From: Amoebidium appalachense
Lineage: Eukaryota > Protista > Ichthyosporea
Direction of reading: 5' to 3'
Length of the DNA: 64,000 bases
Assembly: GCA_963693365.1 (NCBI GenBank)
Contig: CAVNZM010000005.1
Coordinates: forward strand, 6,579,167-6,643,166
How positions within the stretch are numbered: the first letter of the stretch is position 1; each line of letters begins with the position of its first letter. The notes below the pieces were generated by a model that was not told where the DNA came from, ran no database searches, and was given only the letters and a program-made list of their open reading frames with translations. Both the position numbers and the translations under genes were made by a program. Shown piece after piece: positions 1-24,927 of this stretch.

Positions 1-105
1 AGCCGCCATGCATTCACCGTCACTTCCACATGTGTTCTTGCTCATCGCACACATTACTCATGTGCCCTCCCACCCACCTACCATCCCTCTCTCTACCACC
101 TCCAG

Positions 106-268
106 ATGGGCAACTATGATGAGGTGCTTGCAACGGGCAGCCAGCCTGCCCCAATTGTGCACCAGGACTTCTTCAACAGTAAGCCCCCCCCCCCCCCCCC
201 CCCCCCACCCACCCCAACCCACCCCGCCCGCCCTTGCCCGCCTGCCCGTGCGTGTGATGCATAATCTT

Positions 269-299
<31 letters not shown>

Positions 300-984
300 G
301 GCAAGTTGGGTGTTGTCTTGTCTGTTGTGAATATCAATGCCTATAATGATTTTCCCTCCCTCACCCCCTCTCCACTTTCTAGGTTTCTCCCAAGTGTTAT
401 GGGTGGAATCTTCTTCGGTGTTAGACTTTGCCCTCCCCCCCCCCCATACACACACACACACATACACACACACCCCACCCCACCCCACCCCACCCCACCA
501 CTACCACCACACATCCCCTCCCTCTTCCTGGTTTTGCATATCGTAACACGGCCTGCCCCTTACATTAAACTCCTTATTTGATAGCTTTGTTGGTTGATTG
601 ATTAGTTTGTTCATGATTTGTTCTAAAAAAGAAAATAGAATAGCTTTCGGCATTGTACTGTGCAACCCCCCCCCCCCCCCCCCCCCCCCCCGGCCTCCCC
701 CACCAGCACCACCTCCTCCTCCTCCGCCCACCCCTGCCTGGCCCCCTCCCTCCCCCCCCTGGCTGTGTCAGCCGCATTTGAAAGTTTCAAAACCTCCCTA
801 ACCTCCCCTTTAAAGTTTTAAGAGCCCCTAATTACGGGCCATGTTTCTGCAAAATAAGTGTATCTCCCGTGTGATGTGTTTTTGTTTTTCCGTGCTCTAG
901 GGGTTTGGCGATCTCGTAGTGTGTTGCATGTATTTCCCCCTCCTCCCCTTCACCCTCCTGTGGTGCATACAAACTCCCCATTCC

Positions 985-1017
<33 letters not shown>

Positions 1018-1217
1018 TTTGTGGTGTTTGTATCTTTTATGTTCTGCTCGTTCTTGTTTGGTGAATTCGGTCTCTCATATCTACTGCCCCCCCCCCCCCC
1101 TCCCCCCCCCTTTTCTTTAAACTTTTTTTTTTATACACACACGCATACACACAAAAAAAAACACACAACAAATCTGCAGAGTTCGAAGATGACTTTGATG
1201 ACAAGGACCTGCGCTGA
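106..1217 (+). CDS. COPS9: COP9 signalosome subunit 9 (CSN9/CSNAP/MYEOV2-like), 3' part; exons 106-178 and 1180-1217
   Basis: Splice sites cag|106, 178|gtaag and cag|1180 give MGNYDEVLATGSQPAPIVHQDFFNKFEDDFDDKDLR*. The C-terminus matches the CSNAP signature (human VHADFFNDFEDLFDDDDIQ). An upstream exon may lie outside the window. Confidence 0.85.
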
Positions 1218-1398
1218 TCGGATTGCCGGGGGGCCAATCATGCACCGGCAAAGCGAAGTCAGATTGACGCCAGCCAATCGGGAATTGTGCTTGATCTGCA
1301 GATGCCTTTTCCGGGTCATGGTGGCACTCATATATGAATATATGGCGAATGAAACACACACCACTCACCCCGCACACATGGATGGGCGGTGGGGGGAG

Positions 1399-1440
<42 letters not shown>

Positions 1441-2694
1441 GGGGGGGGAGGGAGGGAGGGGGGTAGCACACGACTGATAGTCTTACATGTACGGGGTGAC
1501 TCTGATGTATGCACCTGCTCACATGCTCGCGGACACCCCTCATATGCACACGTACACACGTACCACCGCTTCACCTTCAAAGCACGTCTTTCGGTTTATT
1601 TAGGCCGAGGCGGGTTCAGAGCTGTTATAAGCTTAGACATCATACCGGTTGTATCTTACGCTGTACGCTACGTATACTATCCATTTGGAGACAAAACAAA
1701 TTAAAAACAAAGACGCTCAACAGGAACCTAGATGTGGTTAAAACTAAACCAATCCCCTCACCACCACCACAACCACAACCACAACCACCACAACCCAACC
1801 ACACACACACACATACGCGCGCGCACACACACACACGCGGGCCACCTAATATTAGTCTTGTTCATTCCCGGCCGTCAACTAAAGTTTTCCAAGGTGAGAG
1901 CCGATTACCTGAATCGCCCATGTGAAAGGGAGAGAATGTGTCTGCTTGTTATGTGGGCATATGTGTGTTCGGCAGGTGTCTGAGGATTGTGTTTTTGTGC
2001 ACCCATAAGGCTGTATATGTGTACCGGTCATGCTTCCGGATTCTCCTTCCTTGGAGGAGGCGCGGGTGGGGAGGGGGAGAAGGCGGGGAGGGCTGTGGGG
2101 GAAGGGATCCGGATTAATTAATTAAAGTTCTGGTCGGCCCGGCCACACGACTAGACAAGAGAGTTTCCTCTTTCCACCTCCTCACCAATATCTGATTCAT
2201 ATGCGGGCAAGCAAGTGCACATAAAATCCCCCTGCCCCCCCCCTCCCCTCCCCCCCCCCCCCTCCCCCCTCCCCCCCCCCCCACCTCTCCTCCCCGCACG
2301 TACGTGTATGCAAAAAACCCACGGTGACGGCACCGTGACAAACTGACCACATGTACATGTGACACTACACTAACCAAAAAACACAAAAACATGCACACAA
2401 CACACACAAGTGTACGTGCACACGTGCAATGTGACACACAGGACATGTACATGCACACACACACACACACGGCACACACGCACACCCATACACGCACATA
2501 CACACACACAGATACACACATACACAGACATGTACGTGCGCGCACGCACACACACACAAACACACACACACTTACACACACACCCGCGCTCATGCACACA
2601 AACGCACACACATACACACACACCACAATGTCACATTTTTATTTTTTATTTTATCCCGTTTTGTTCCCGGAGGTACCCCTAGGGGCCCTCAGGG

Positions 2695-2744
2695 GGAACT
2701 ACCGTCTTCCACCCAGCACCGACAGTACTCTAGCTAGGGTGCTA
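2695..2744. repeat. Dispersed repeat family 2 (inverted copy at 49149-49198)
   Basis: 46/50 identity to the reverse complement of 49149-49198; internal agcacc...ggtgct inverted repeat. Confidence 0.75.
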
Positions 2745-2860
2745 CGATGCTATTAGCTAAAACTAACACACCTATAACAGTCCTAACTATATGTACACAC
2801 TTTGCCCAGGGTATCAACCCCAGCCACGCCGGCACCACATTGTCACACACACATGTACTT

Positions 2861-2912
<52 letters not shown>

Positions 2913-3388
2913 ACTTGCACATACACCAAGGCCTCCGTTGTATCTAGGAGGCCTTGACATACACACGTGTACAAGCAGCTATTTGATCATTTCAAGTACG
3001 TCAGCTCCCATAATGGGACCTAACATGAGCTTCGCATGTCTCGAATCACTAACCAATTGCGAAATGCCTTCGTTTATTAAAAAGGGTCCGAACTGACGGT
3101 GCAAAATCCGTAAGGCTACCACTGTATATGTCTTCAACACGGCCCATTTGTGCATAGTATGCATGCGAATCTCGTTTCATTTGGGCCTCTCGAACACGGC
3201 CTTAAAAGTAGACAGTACATAGGTTACTAATGTGGAAGGTTTAAGGCAATGAAATTATGACCTGCTTCCTCTCTCCCCTCCTCCCCCGCCTCCCCCCCCC
3301 CCCCCCCCCCCCCCCTCATCCCCCCTTCCTCAACAGGGAAAAAAAAAAAAAAAGAATGGTAGAAGAGAGCCTGTAAGAGAAGAGAGAA

Positions 3389-3420
<32 letters not shown>

Positions 3421-3470
3421 GGGGGGGGGGGAGAGAGAGAGAGAGGTTGGGAGGGAGGGAGAGAGAGCGC

Positions 3471-3509
<39 letters not shown>

Positions 3510-3604
3510 TGCATGTGCTCGTGTGCGCGCCCGTGCCTGTGTCTCTCTGCGTCTGTGTGCGAAAAAGCCCAAAAACACCCTCACATGCACCCACAAAACA
3601 GAAA

Positions 3605-11677
<8,073 letters not shown>

Positions 11678-11687
11678 TCAGTCAACC

Positions 11688-15940
<4,253 letters not shown>

Positions 15941-16472
15941 TCATTCGAGGCCTCTTAGAAACATTTGAAGAGTTAATGAAGGTTGTGTATGTAATGTAAT
16001 GCTCTGGTCTTTGGACAGTGTGCATCGATGCAACGAACATCATAAGAAATGCATGGCCGTACGCCATACAGTATCTTGAACGTTCATGTTGCTGGCTCAT
16101 TTTTGTTCAGTGAATGATCCATCCCATCCGGTTTTGGCTGTGGTTTTTGCCGTGTGTGTTGAAGACATACTGAGGTGGGGGTTTCTCGAGGCACAGAGTG
16201 ACCAGTCTCAGGTATGGGGGTTTTTGCTCGGAATATCCCCTCGAGCGGTATATCATGATCAGGTACATAGATGTTGGACGTGATGATCGATTATGTATAT
16301 CAGGGTTTTCTTACTCTATGAAGCACAAGATAAACTAAGAAGACAAATCAATTGGTTGGGATATCGATCCCCCCCCCCCCCCCCCCCCTTTTTTTCAAGT
16401 TTTTTTTTTTTTTTCCGGGCTCCCCCTGGGACATTCGGTATCAGCTGCGAGTGTGTGTGTGTGCATGTGCAC

Positions 16473-16503
<31 letters not shown>

Positions 16504-16534
16504 CGTGCGTGCGCGTGCGCGCGAGCGCCACGGA

Positions 16535-16591
<57 letters not shown>

Positions 16592-16636
16592 TGTGTGTGT
16601 GTGTGTACATGTGTGTGTGTGTGTGTGCCGGTGTGT

Positions 16637-16748
16637 GTGTGTGTTTGAGTTTCGTGGTTGTGTGGAGGCTCAAGCCAATCAATACATCTCTCAGTGTGTG
16701 TTTGAGTTTCGTGGTTGTGTGGAGGCTCAAGCCAATCAATACATCTCT
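16637..16748. repeat. 57-bp tandem duplication
   Basis: gtgtgtgtttgagtttcgtggttgtgtggaggctcaagccaatcaatacatctct occurs twice. Confidence 0.9.
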
Positions 16749-16904
16749 ATCATTACTATGATAGTCACGTGCCAAAGTATGAAATCCGAATGTTATAAGT
16801 AGATATATCGGGCAAGCTGTCTTTCTGGGTGTCTGCTGTGAATGTGTCGTGCGTGTGCTGCAGTATTATGCGGCATATCTATCCATAAGTTGTAATACTT
16901 GTAT

Positions 16905-16956
<52 letters not shown>

Positions 16957-17865
16957 GTTTGGGCAGGAAAAAATAAACCGAAAAATACAGTAACTAAAGT
17001 GGAATTCCGTTGCCTTCGATGCTGAGTGATGTCTCAAACGTACACACGCACCGTGATTGAGGACCTTCTGAAGCTTGTTGTTGTACAGTGTCAGACTTCT
17101 ACAAGGCCCTGGCCCCGGGGGAAGGGGAGAAAAAAGAGAGAGAAAAATATAAGTTGTCGACGTCCCGATGCATATGAATTCGAATTTAGCTGTCCTGGAT
17201 GAGGACCGTCGCCGGACCATTAATATTTCATCCACATGTACAGAAATCCACCTACTTCCCTACCTTACAGTATTTTTCACATGAGAAGATGGGTGTCCCT
17301 ATTTATTAAATTTTGGTCACCCAGGCTAGAGACTTGGAAGTGCCAAATACATTTTTGGATTAAATTATTGAAATAAATTATTTACATAGTGATTTCTGTA
17401 CAGATACATATAGTATTGTATATGGACTGAGTCACTCACGGGGCTACAACGCCCAACGGCGTCCGACTCCATACGTCACCATGGTTCAAGGATTCTTCGT
17501 GATTGGCTGAAAGCGAATCATCTCCAGGGTGTGAAATTTCGTTTTTGGTAGTGCCATAATCTGCCATTTTCACACTTTTTCTTCTGCCCGGATTGGTTCC
17601 TAATAGCTATATAGAGCCACCAACGGGTTTTTTGAAGGTATTTTTTTACGGTTTGGCTCTATAAAAACCACTGGTGGTGGACCGAACCTTAAAAAAGAAC
17701 ATTTTTCGGAGTTTCAGGCCCCATGGCTATTATCTGCTGTCGAGTGTCGACCAGGGCTGGGGTCGGATGTTCCCCGTAGATGTCTTTAAACCCACGAGCT
17801 CACCCTATTCATATATTTTGAATTTTTTTTCTTTTGCCTTTATAATGTCCTTCGACTTTCCGATT

Positions 17866-17932
17866 TCACAGTACACCAAACCAATATAACAGTCTATATC
17901 ACAGTACACCCAACCAATATAACAGTCTATAT
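17866..17932. repeat. 33-bp tandem duplication
   Basis: tcacagtacacc(a/c)aaccaatataacagtctata occurs twice. Confidence 0.85.
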
Positions 17933-18465
17933 ATCAAATTTTACATAGATGGCTCGATGCATGGTAATCACATAGCAGTCCGAGTCGACTGCTGATCAGA
18001 ATCTCAGATACTGCAAGTTTCACTTTGTGAGACCATGTTTAACTCGAGGGGGAACCTAGCTGGCAACAGCTGACCGGTCCCTGTGTACACTCAAACCTCA
18101 AACACACCGTACTTGCAACGTGTACATTACGCGTACGCCTTGCTATCATACCCAGCTGTGTTGTGATGAGACAGATGGCCATAGGGAGGCTGCTATGAGT
18201 CGCATACACATGGACCGCAAGCACGATTTCTAATAATTACTTTTCAATAGGCTCTAAATAACGATGCTACCCGATGAAGAATTCATTCACAGTTGCAACA
18301 CAGTGTACCACGTATGGTGACCGATATCGATAAGAAAAGGTTTCGATTCCCAACGTCCCGCTTCCTTCTCCTTTTCCAATATTGCTACTATATATCGTGA
18401 CAGACAGTTATTTTCAACATCATGTCTATGCAGATCATAGGCTATCATTATGTTAACAAAGAAAA

Positions 18466-19962
18466 ATGGATTCACAAGGAAGTTCTTTCTTGAGAGCGAT
18501 TTCCGACACATCACAGGACTCAGCAACACCCACCCAGACCCATTCAATAACAGTTACACACATCGACATCCCTCCCACCCGACCCTTCCACCCTCCGCGT
18601 TTAGGGAAAATGACGAAAGAAAAAGCTGTCGCTGCCCCTGAACGCAACGAAACCATGGATCCCGACGTCCTTGCTTGCGCAGATGTTGTTGACATAAACG
18701 AGATTTTGAGCGAGAATCGGGCTGGTAGGAAGCAACTCGAAAAGGCGGCGGCTTTGGAGGCCTACCGTAAGTTGAGATTGAAAAACGCCAAGGCATACAT
18801 GCAACAGACATTCTTAGCGCAAGCATGTGTCCTAATCCTCGCGGGCGTCTTGGAAGTGGTGTACTTGTGGTTATGCACACAAGTAACTACTCTTTCACCG
18901 TATGCCCGCTTGATTTTCCAAGCCGATGAACTTCAATCAGCGCAGGAAAGCTACCAGCGTGCGCTAATACACCTGCGAAATGAGACTGAAATACAGTTCG
19001 CAAATGACACCCTCGCCGATGCGGTTGCGATGTTTCTGGACGTTTTGGAAGTTTCGAACAGGCAAGGAGCGGAGATATACAAATACGAAGTCATCTTCAC
19101 CTGTCTGAATCTGGCCATCCTTTTTTTCGTCGGGTTCCTAATCTACATCAACCGGAACAACAGCGTGGTTAGGTCACGGGGGGTCTTGTATCTGACGCTC
19201 CTTTTTTTCAGCATATTATGTGCCGTCGGCAACACTCTACTTTTTGCGGCTGCGACACAGTGGCGCCTTAACCAGTTTCCACCACATCTCGACTACAGAA
19301 ACCCCGAGGTCCTGCAGGAAAGGCTACTCATCACCGCAAACTGGCAGTTCACGGCAGTTTCTTTTGCGGTTTTCTTCAAAGCATGGTACCTAGCCACATG
19401 CGTCCTCCGGGCCCGCATGATCGCCTACGCATACGGCACAACGAATTTGCGCACACTGACCACAGGTCAGCTCGTGCGGTGGTGCGCCGTAGTTGCATTG
19501 CTTATGTTTTTCGTCTCAAATATTTCCAATGCAGTGTATAGATTTCGATTCCTTGCGCGCCCGGAAAAAACGGGGGTTCTTGTTATCGGGTTTTTCGGTA
19601 TGGGAGTGGTTGGCGTCCCCCTACTCTCCTACTACCTTTACAAGTCGCGGCACGCCTCTGTTCGGTTCAATGACATGTATTCTGCCATTCGTGCCATCGT
19701 GTACATGTCCCTCGTGTATTGTGCAATGATAACTTTCACCGTTATCAATCCAACACATGTTTTTGCGCTCTCAGTGGGTTGGTCTTCGGCTCAACGGCTC
19801 AGTTTGGTAACACACATGATCGATCAGGTGTGCACACAGGCGCTTCAGGCGAGGTGGGAGTTACCGATGAGACCGGATGCACTGAGGGACACGACAACGG
19901 TGATAGATCCTTGGCCGTGGTTTAGGTGGACAAGTAGAGCAGATGCGCTCAATAGAGTTTAG
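18466..19962 (+). CDS. Intronless multi-pass membrane protein, class C GPCR (7tm_3)-like
   Basis: Clean 498 aa high-complexity ORF with about 8 hydrophobic segments. It has an R..VVRSRG..YL loop after the first 7TM helix, and YKSRHASVRFND resembles the class C K.R.....FNE loop. Confidence 0.75.
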   Translation: MDSQGSSFLRAISDTSQDSATPTQTHSITVTHIDIPPTRPFHPPRLGKMTKEKAVAAPERNETMDPDVLACADVVDINEILSENRAGRKQLEKAAALEAYRKLRLKNAKAYMQQTFLAQACVLILAGVLEVVYLWLCTQVTTLSPYARLIFQADELQSAQESYQRALIHLRNETEIQFANDTLADAVAMFLDVLEVSNRQGAEIYKYEVIFTCLNLAILFFVGFLIYINRNNSVVRSRGVLYLTLLFFSILCAVGNTLLFAAATQWRLNQFPPHLDYRNPEVLQERLLITANWQFTAVSFAVFFKAWYLATCVLRARMIAYAYGTTNLRTLTTGQLVRWCAVVALLMFFVSNISNAVYRFRFLARPEKTGVLVIGFFGMGVVGVPLLSYYLYKSRHASVRFNDMYSAIRAIVYMSLVYCAMITFTVINPTHVFALSVGWSSAQRLSLVTHMIDQVCTQALQARWELPMRPDALRDTTTVIDPWPWFRWTSRADALNRV

Positions 19963-21214
19963 TGTTTTAGTTGCGTCTACGTGCAGGTATCTATGATTAT
20001 ACATTAAAGTGTTAGTGTATTGTTCCGAACTCAAAAAGTAGCATGTTGGTGGTGGCCCTGCCCATATTTACACGTTGATACCTGATAAAAAGGAATTGTG
20101 ATTAGTACAACTTTGTGGTGTCAACAAAGTAGCTCAGACCGTCTCTTCAGTAAACTGTAATAGATTTTGGTCCAAGTGGTATAATGACCAGATGTCTGTA
20201 TATTAATGACGTTAGCGCTAGCCGAGTGCCGTACGTATGGCAAGATGTACAACTACTTATTTGAATATAACACATTGTCAAGACACCATGGCAATCACTT
20301 CTGGTAATCCCTGTTTGTCTGCAATGCTTCGTTATCACCTCTCCCCTCCCACTTCCCCCCCCCCCCCACTTCCCCCCCCCCCCCCCCCCACCACCACCAC
20401 ACACACACACACACATACACGCATGCACGCACAGCACCCTAACAACGACCACTGCCACCAGCACCCCAGCCCGGGCACACACACGTGCACCTACAGGGTA
20501 CATACATGCTGTGATAGAAGGAAACCCAGCGAAATAAATAGCGGCAAGTGAGACAGTCGATTGGCAACCACACACGGTTCTACGTATACAGTGGTGGGGA
20601 AGAAAGAACCCAAATCAGAACAGAAAAGGTCTATAGAACTTGGTTATATGGTGGGTATTTTATAAGCTGACAAGATTTTCACTGGTATACGTACTAGCGC
20701 ATATGCAGACATGCGCAAACCCATGCGCGTTCATACGCACACTTGCAAACCACAAACAAAACCGTGCAGTACCGTAAACACAAGCACGCACACAAATCGT
20801 CCCAACCTCCCCGACTCCGGAGCACACAACCCTGCCGAACTGTAGCAGCTCAAGCACACATGTGGGACCTAACTGCAAGTTTTTATTTATTCTGGTGCCC
20901 ATCACAATTCATCCGAAAATAGGTGTGAGGGTGCATCCTGCATGCAACAAGAACGGATCGTTCCCAGTTCCTTATACGTATGCGTTGAAGGTCCGGGCGC
21001 ATACACAAGCACACTCTACCAATCCCTCTCTCTCGTTTCTCTCAGGCTTGTCGCTCTCATTCTCCCGCCCCTCCCCGCCAGCCCCCCCTGGGCCCGCTCC
21101 CCCTCCCCCCCCCTCGCCCCCGTCCATCTCCCCCCCCCTCCCCCAGGGCCTCCGCCCCTCTCCCTTTCCCGTGAATGACACAAAAGCGTCACACACACCC
21201 CCTCCCTCCCCCTC

Positions 21215-21245
<31 letters not shown>

Positions 21246-22562
21246 ACACATACACACACACACACACACAGACACACACACGTACACACACACACATTCC
21301 AGACCTGCTGCAAAAAAAATTGCCCCGCTCGATCCATTTACTAAAAAGAGCTAATCCGCTCGTTTCTTCACTATTACTAGACCCATTTCCCCCTACACAC
21401 ACACACACGAATACACACACCACCACCAGTACCACAGCACCACCACCGCGGATGACGTATGTAAAGCTTCTGTTCTTTCTAGAAAAGGGCCAAAGCTGCT
21501 CGTCTAGCGATTGGCCTCCTTCCCGCGCACTTTCTAAATATGGAATTTCGTTTTTTGTCTGAGCCAAATACATGTCTTTAGTGGAAAGATACGATTGGCC
21601 ATTACACATATTTCTGGTATACGTAGCAACCAAGGCAAAACTCTCAGAGAATATTTAGATAGCAGCTTTATTATAGATTGAGCATCAACTGCGTATATAC
21701 AATAGTTCTAAGCCTTAAAGCGAACCGTTATTAAGAATGTGTACCTGTTAGCATTTATAAGATTTTATGTATTTGCAGGACTGACCAGCGAACACCATCC
21801 AAAGTATGCTCCCTCCTGTTTTTCTCAAAACCAAACTTCATAACTTTTGATTAGTTCTAGATCAGAAACTATTTCTGCCGTGCTGTTTACATCAATCAGC
21901 ATAATTCGTTAACTCAACTCCAATAGGGGTTGGCTAGGCTGTGTTTCTGAGGTGGTGCGTTTTCTCCCACACAGCAGGTGATGATCAGATAGCATACCCT
22001 CGTTTTCTACAGTTTTTTTTTTGTTTTCAAGCTGCAATTGGGTAAGGAAAGGGCACTCTTGACGCCCCCGTGAACCCGAGGGACAGGAGCGTTTGGCTTC
22101 CCATTTGTATTTGCTCATAAAAGCGGCTCGGCTTTTCCTGCCATACAGGTAAGTTCGTGGCTGCTTTCTCGTTTTGGGGTTTGTAACGGATTCAAATCAG
22201 ATTGCTGAGACAAGGAACTGAAAAGGCGATGAGCGGAATGTTTTGGAAAGGAAGAACGACAACGAAAGTAGATGGCGGTTATTGCCCAAGTAAATATCCA
22301 GTGATAAGTTTGTGGGCTGTGACTGCATTCACAAACGTTTCTGTTCAAGATTTTCGAGTCCTTGTTTGCAAGTCGGGGCGGTGTGATTGTGCGTCCGGTG
22401 TTCACATCTCTTCTTTTTCGATATATGTCGGCACTGTTGTAGTCACCTTGAACATTCTTTCATTTCATTTCTTATAATTTTTTCTAAGACACATCTTCCA
22501 TTTCCATCCTCTTCGTCTCTAGAAACTAACGACCCGTTATGTTGTCAAACAGGTGCTAGAAG

Positions 22563-24718
22563 ATGACAGATACGCTGGCAGATGCGTTGCCCAAACCTCC
22601 ACCCAGAAACACCCGGGCTCCCTCTGGCCCTTCTGACCGGGTTATGCGCGATCGCACAGCTCCAAAGCCCGTTGTGGACAACATTACAGCACCTCATTTG
22701 CCATCTAAACGTAGACAACAGAGTACACCTGCGGCTGCGCGTATACAGAGCCTTTCTCGCAATGTGCGACGAAGGAATACCGAATTGATCGCAGGGCCAA
22801 AGAGAACGATTAGGCGTGAAAAACATAATGGGCAAGCTAACACCACAGGCACCATCCGTGTTTCGAAACGGGACTCTCGGTTGGCACCTAAACGTCCTGT
22901 GCGGAGAAGCCATGTTGACCCATCTGCAGAAAAGGTGGTCCGAAGACGGAAACCTCGGGTTGATGGGGAAGCTCAAACGGTAAAGCGCCAAAATAAGCGA
23001 GATCAGACAACCGTTGTCAGAAAGCAGGTGAAGGAGAGAGTGAAGGCTGTCGCGAGGAAGAGGGCGGCTGTGAGGTTAGAGAGGGAAGGAGCAGTGAACC
23101 GGGAGGAAGGAAGAAGGGTGAGGAAGGGGCAGGGGGATAGGGAATACTATTGGGGGGTGGGAGGGCAGGTGGACATCTTGGCCCCGACGGCACGAAAAAG
23201 CAAGAGGAGAAAGGTCGACAGTGATGGTGAGTGTGTGATAAATTGGTCTTTTTTGTGCGTGTGTGGAATGTTGTGCCCTCGTTACACACTACCTTTCATT
23301 TTGTTGTCAGCCGTAGCAGCAAGGTGTGACTTCTTGTTTGCGGGCCCTTTCACGTCAGGATCTGGGTGTATCATTTCTCTTCTTTCTTTTTTTTTTCTTT
23401 TTGGAGGGGGAGGGGTGGTGTAAGTGTGCATTCGTTTGTTGTGTGTGCGTGCGTGCCTGCATGTATGTCTTTTGATGGTTGCCTCACCTACCTTACAGCT
23501 ACAAGGAAAAAGGCTGTGGTGTGTGTGTGTATGTGTGTGCTTTTGGGGAAAGGGGGGGGGGGGGGGGAGGGGGGTCAGGTCTACTTAGTTTTGTCGACTT
23601 GCTTGTCATCCGCTGATGGCGCATGATTTTGTCCCTGCGCAGGGGAGGAAGAAGCACCCCAGGCCCCCGACATTCGCATCAAACGTCGCGGTCGGAGCAA
23701 GCTGCCTGTCGTACCTCCGCCGGCCAACTCGGCAGAGATACCACAGGGGTTCACGTACAAGGAGGACTGGATCTCGCCTGACCTTGAAAAGGCTTTGATT
23801 GAATATTTCCGTTACCGTTTGCACGATGGCCTCCCCATGGGCCCACCCCATCCAGACCCAACAGATAACACCGACCCCGGTTCCCCGCCCCCGACACCCG
23901 ATAGCGTCCCTGGTACGCCACCCAACCAAACGGAGAGCGGGGAGGGGGCGGAACAGTGATGGAAACGAACATGGGAGCACGGAGGCACAGTCTACGCCGG
24001 CCATGGCGCACATGGGTGGGTGTGGGTCGCTGGAGCCACCGCGTGGAGCGCACGGTACGCCATCGCGGCGCATCAGCGAGCGGCTCACAACCACACCGGT
24101 GGTAACGGGTGAGGGGGGGTTGGTGGGTAAGCGTATGGGATTCGCACCGTATACGCTCCGTGACTCGCACTGTTTGCGTGCGCTGCATTGCGCGCGGGGG
24201 GCGGGCGAGCCGATTCGCATTTCCGAGGGGCGGCATGGGAACAATGCGCGGTTTTTGGTTGAGGAGATGGAGACTTTCATGGCGGATCTGGCGGAGGAGA
24301 TTAGGGCGGAGTTTCCTGGTGAGCTTAGGCCGCCTTCGCTGGACTATGCGCAGGTGGGTGGGATGGGGTGTTGTTGGTGTGGTTTGTGACTCTTGTGGGG
24401 CAGGCCGTGTCGGTTGCATCGTTTTATTTTTTATTTTTTTTATTATTATAATTTTCCCTTCAATTGTGTGTGTGTGTGTGTGTGTGTACGCGCACACGCG
24501 CGCCTGGTGGTGGCGGGTTAGTGGTGCGTCAAGGGCTGATGCCAGAAGATGCTAAAGGAGGAAGTGATTGTGATGAGTTTTGTGTTTCTTAGTAGGGTTG
24601 TTGGGATAAGACAAGCTTGCGGATGGGGTGTGTAGGTGTAAGAGTTCTTTTCTTTCATGGACAGATGGGCTGCTTTTGGATGACGCCGGTGGTGGTCTAG
24701 GATGTTATGTATTGCCGG

Positions 24719-24763
<45 letters not shown>

Positions 24764-24887
24764 CCCTCCCTCTTTTTGGCAAAACCAACGGCAGTTGGGT
24801 CCAGAATTTGGTGTGCATGCTTTATTTGTGAAAAACGAAAATCGGATTGGTTTCGTTTTTCGTAATCTTTTCCCCCTTGGTTTTCCT

Positions 24888-24927
<40 letters not shown>

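Noticed and set aside
383-420. Possible extra COPS9 exon after ctag
   Set aside because: It would disrupt the conserved DFFN-FEDDFD motif and has no good donor.
3227-3262. Alternative last exon for the minus-strand gene (VIISLP*)
   Set aside because: Read-through of exon 6 gives a coding-like tail ending in CaaX; the alternative acceptor is less convincing.
16080-17240. Possible minus-strand exons
   Set aside because: No phase-consistent open model and no recognisable protein.
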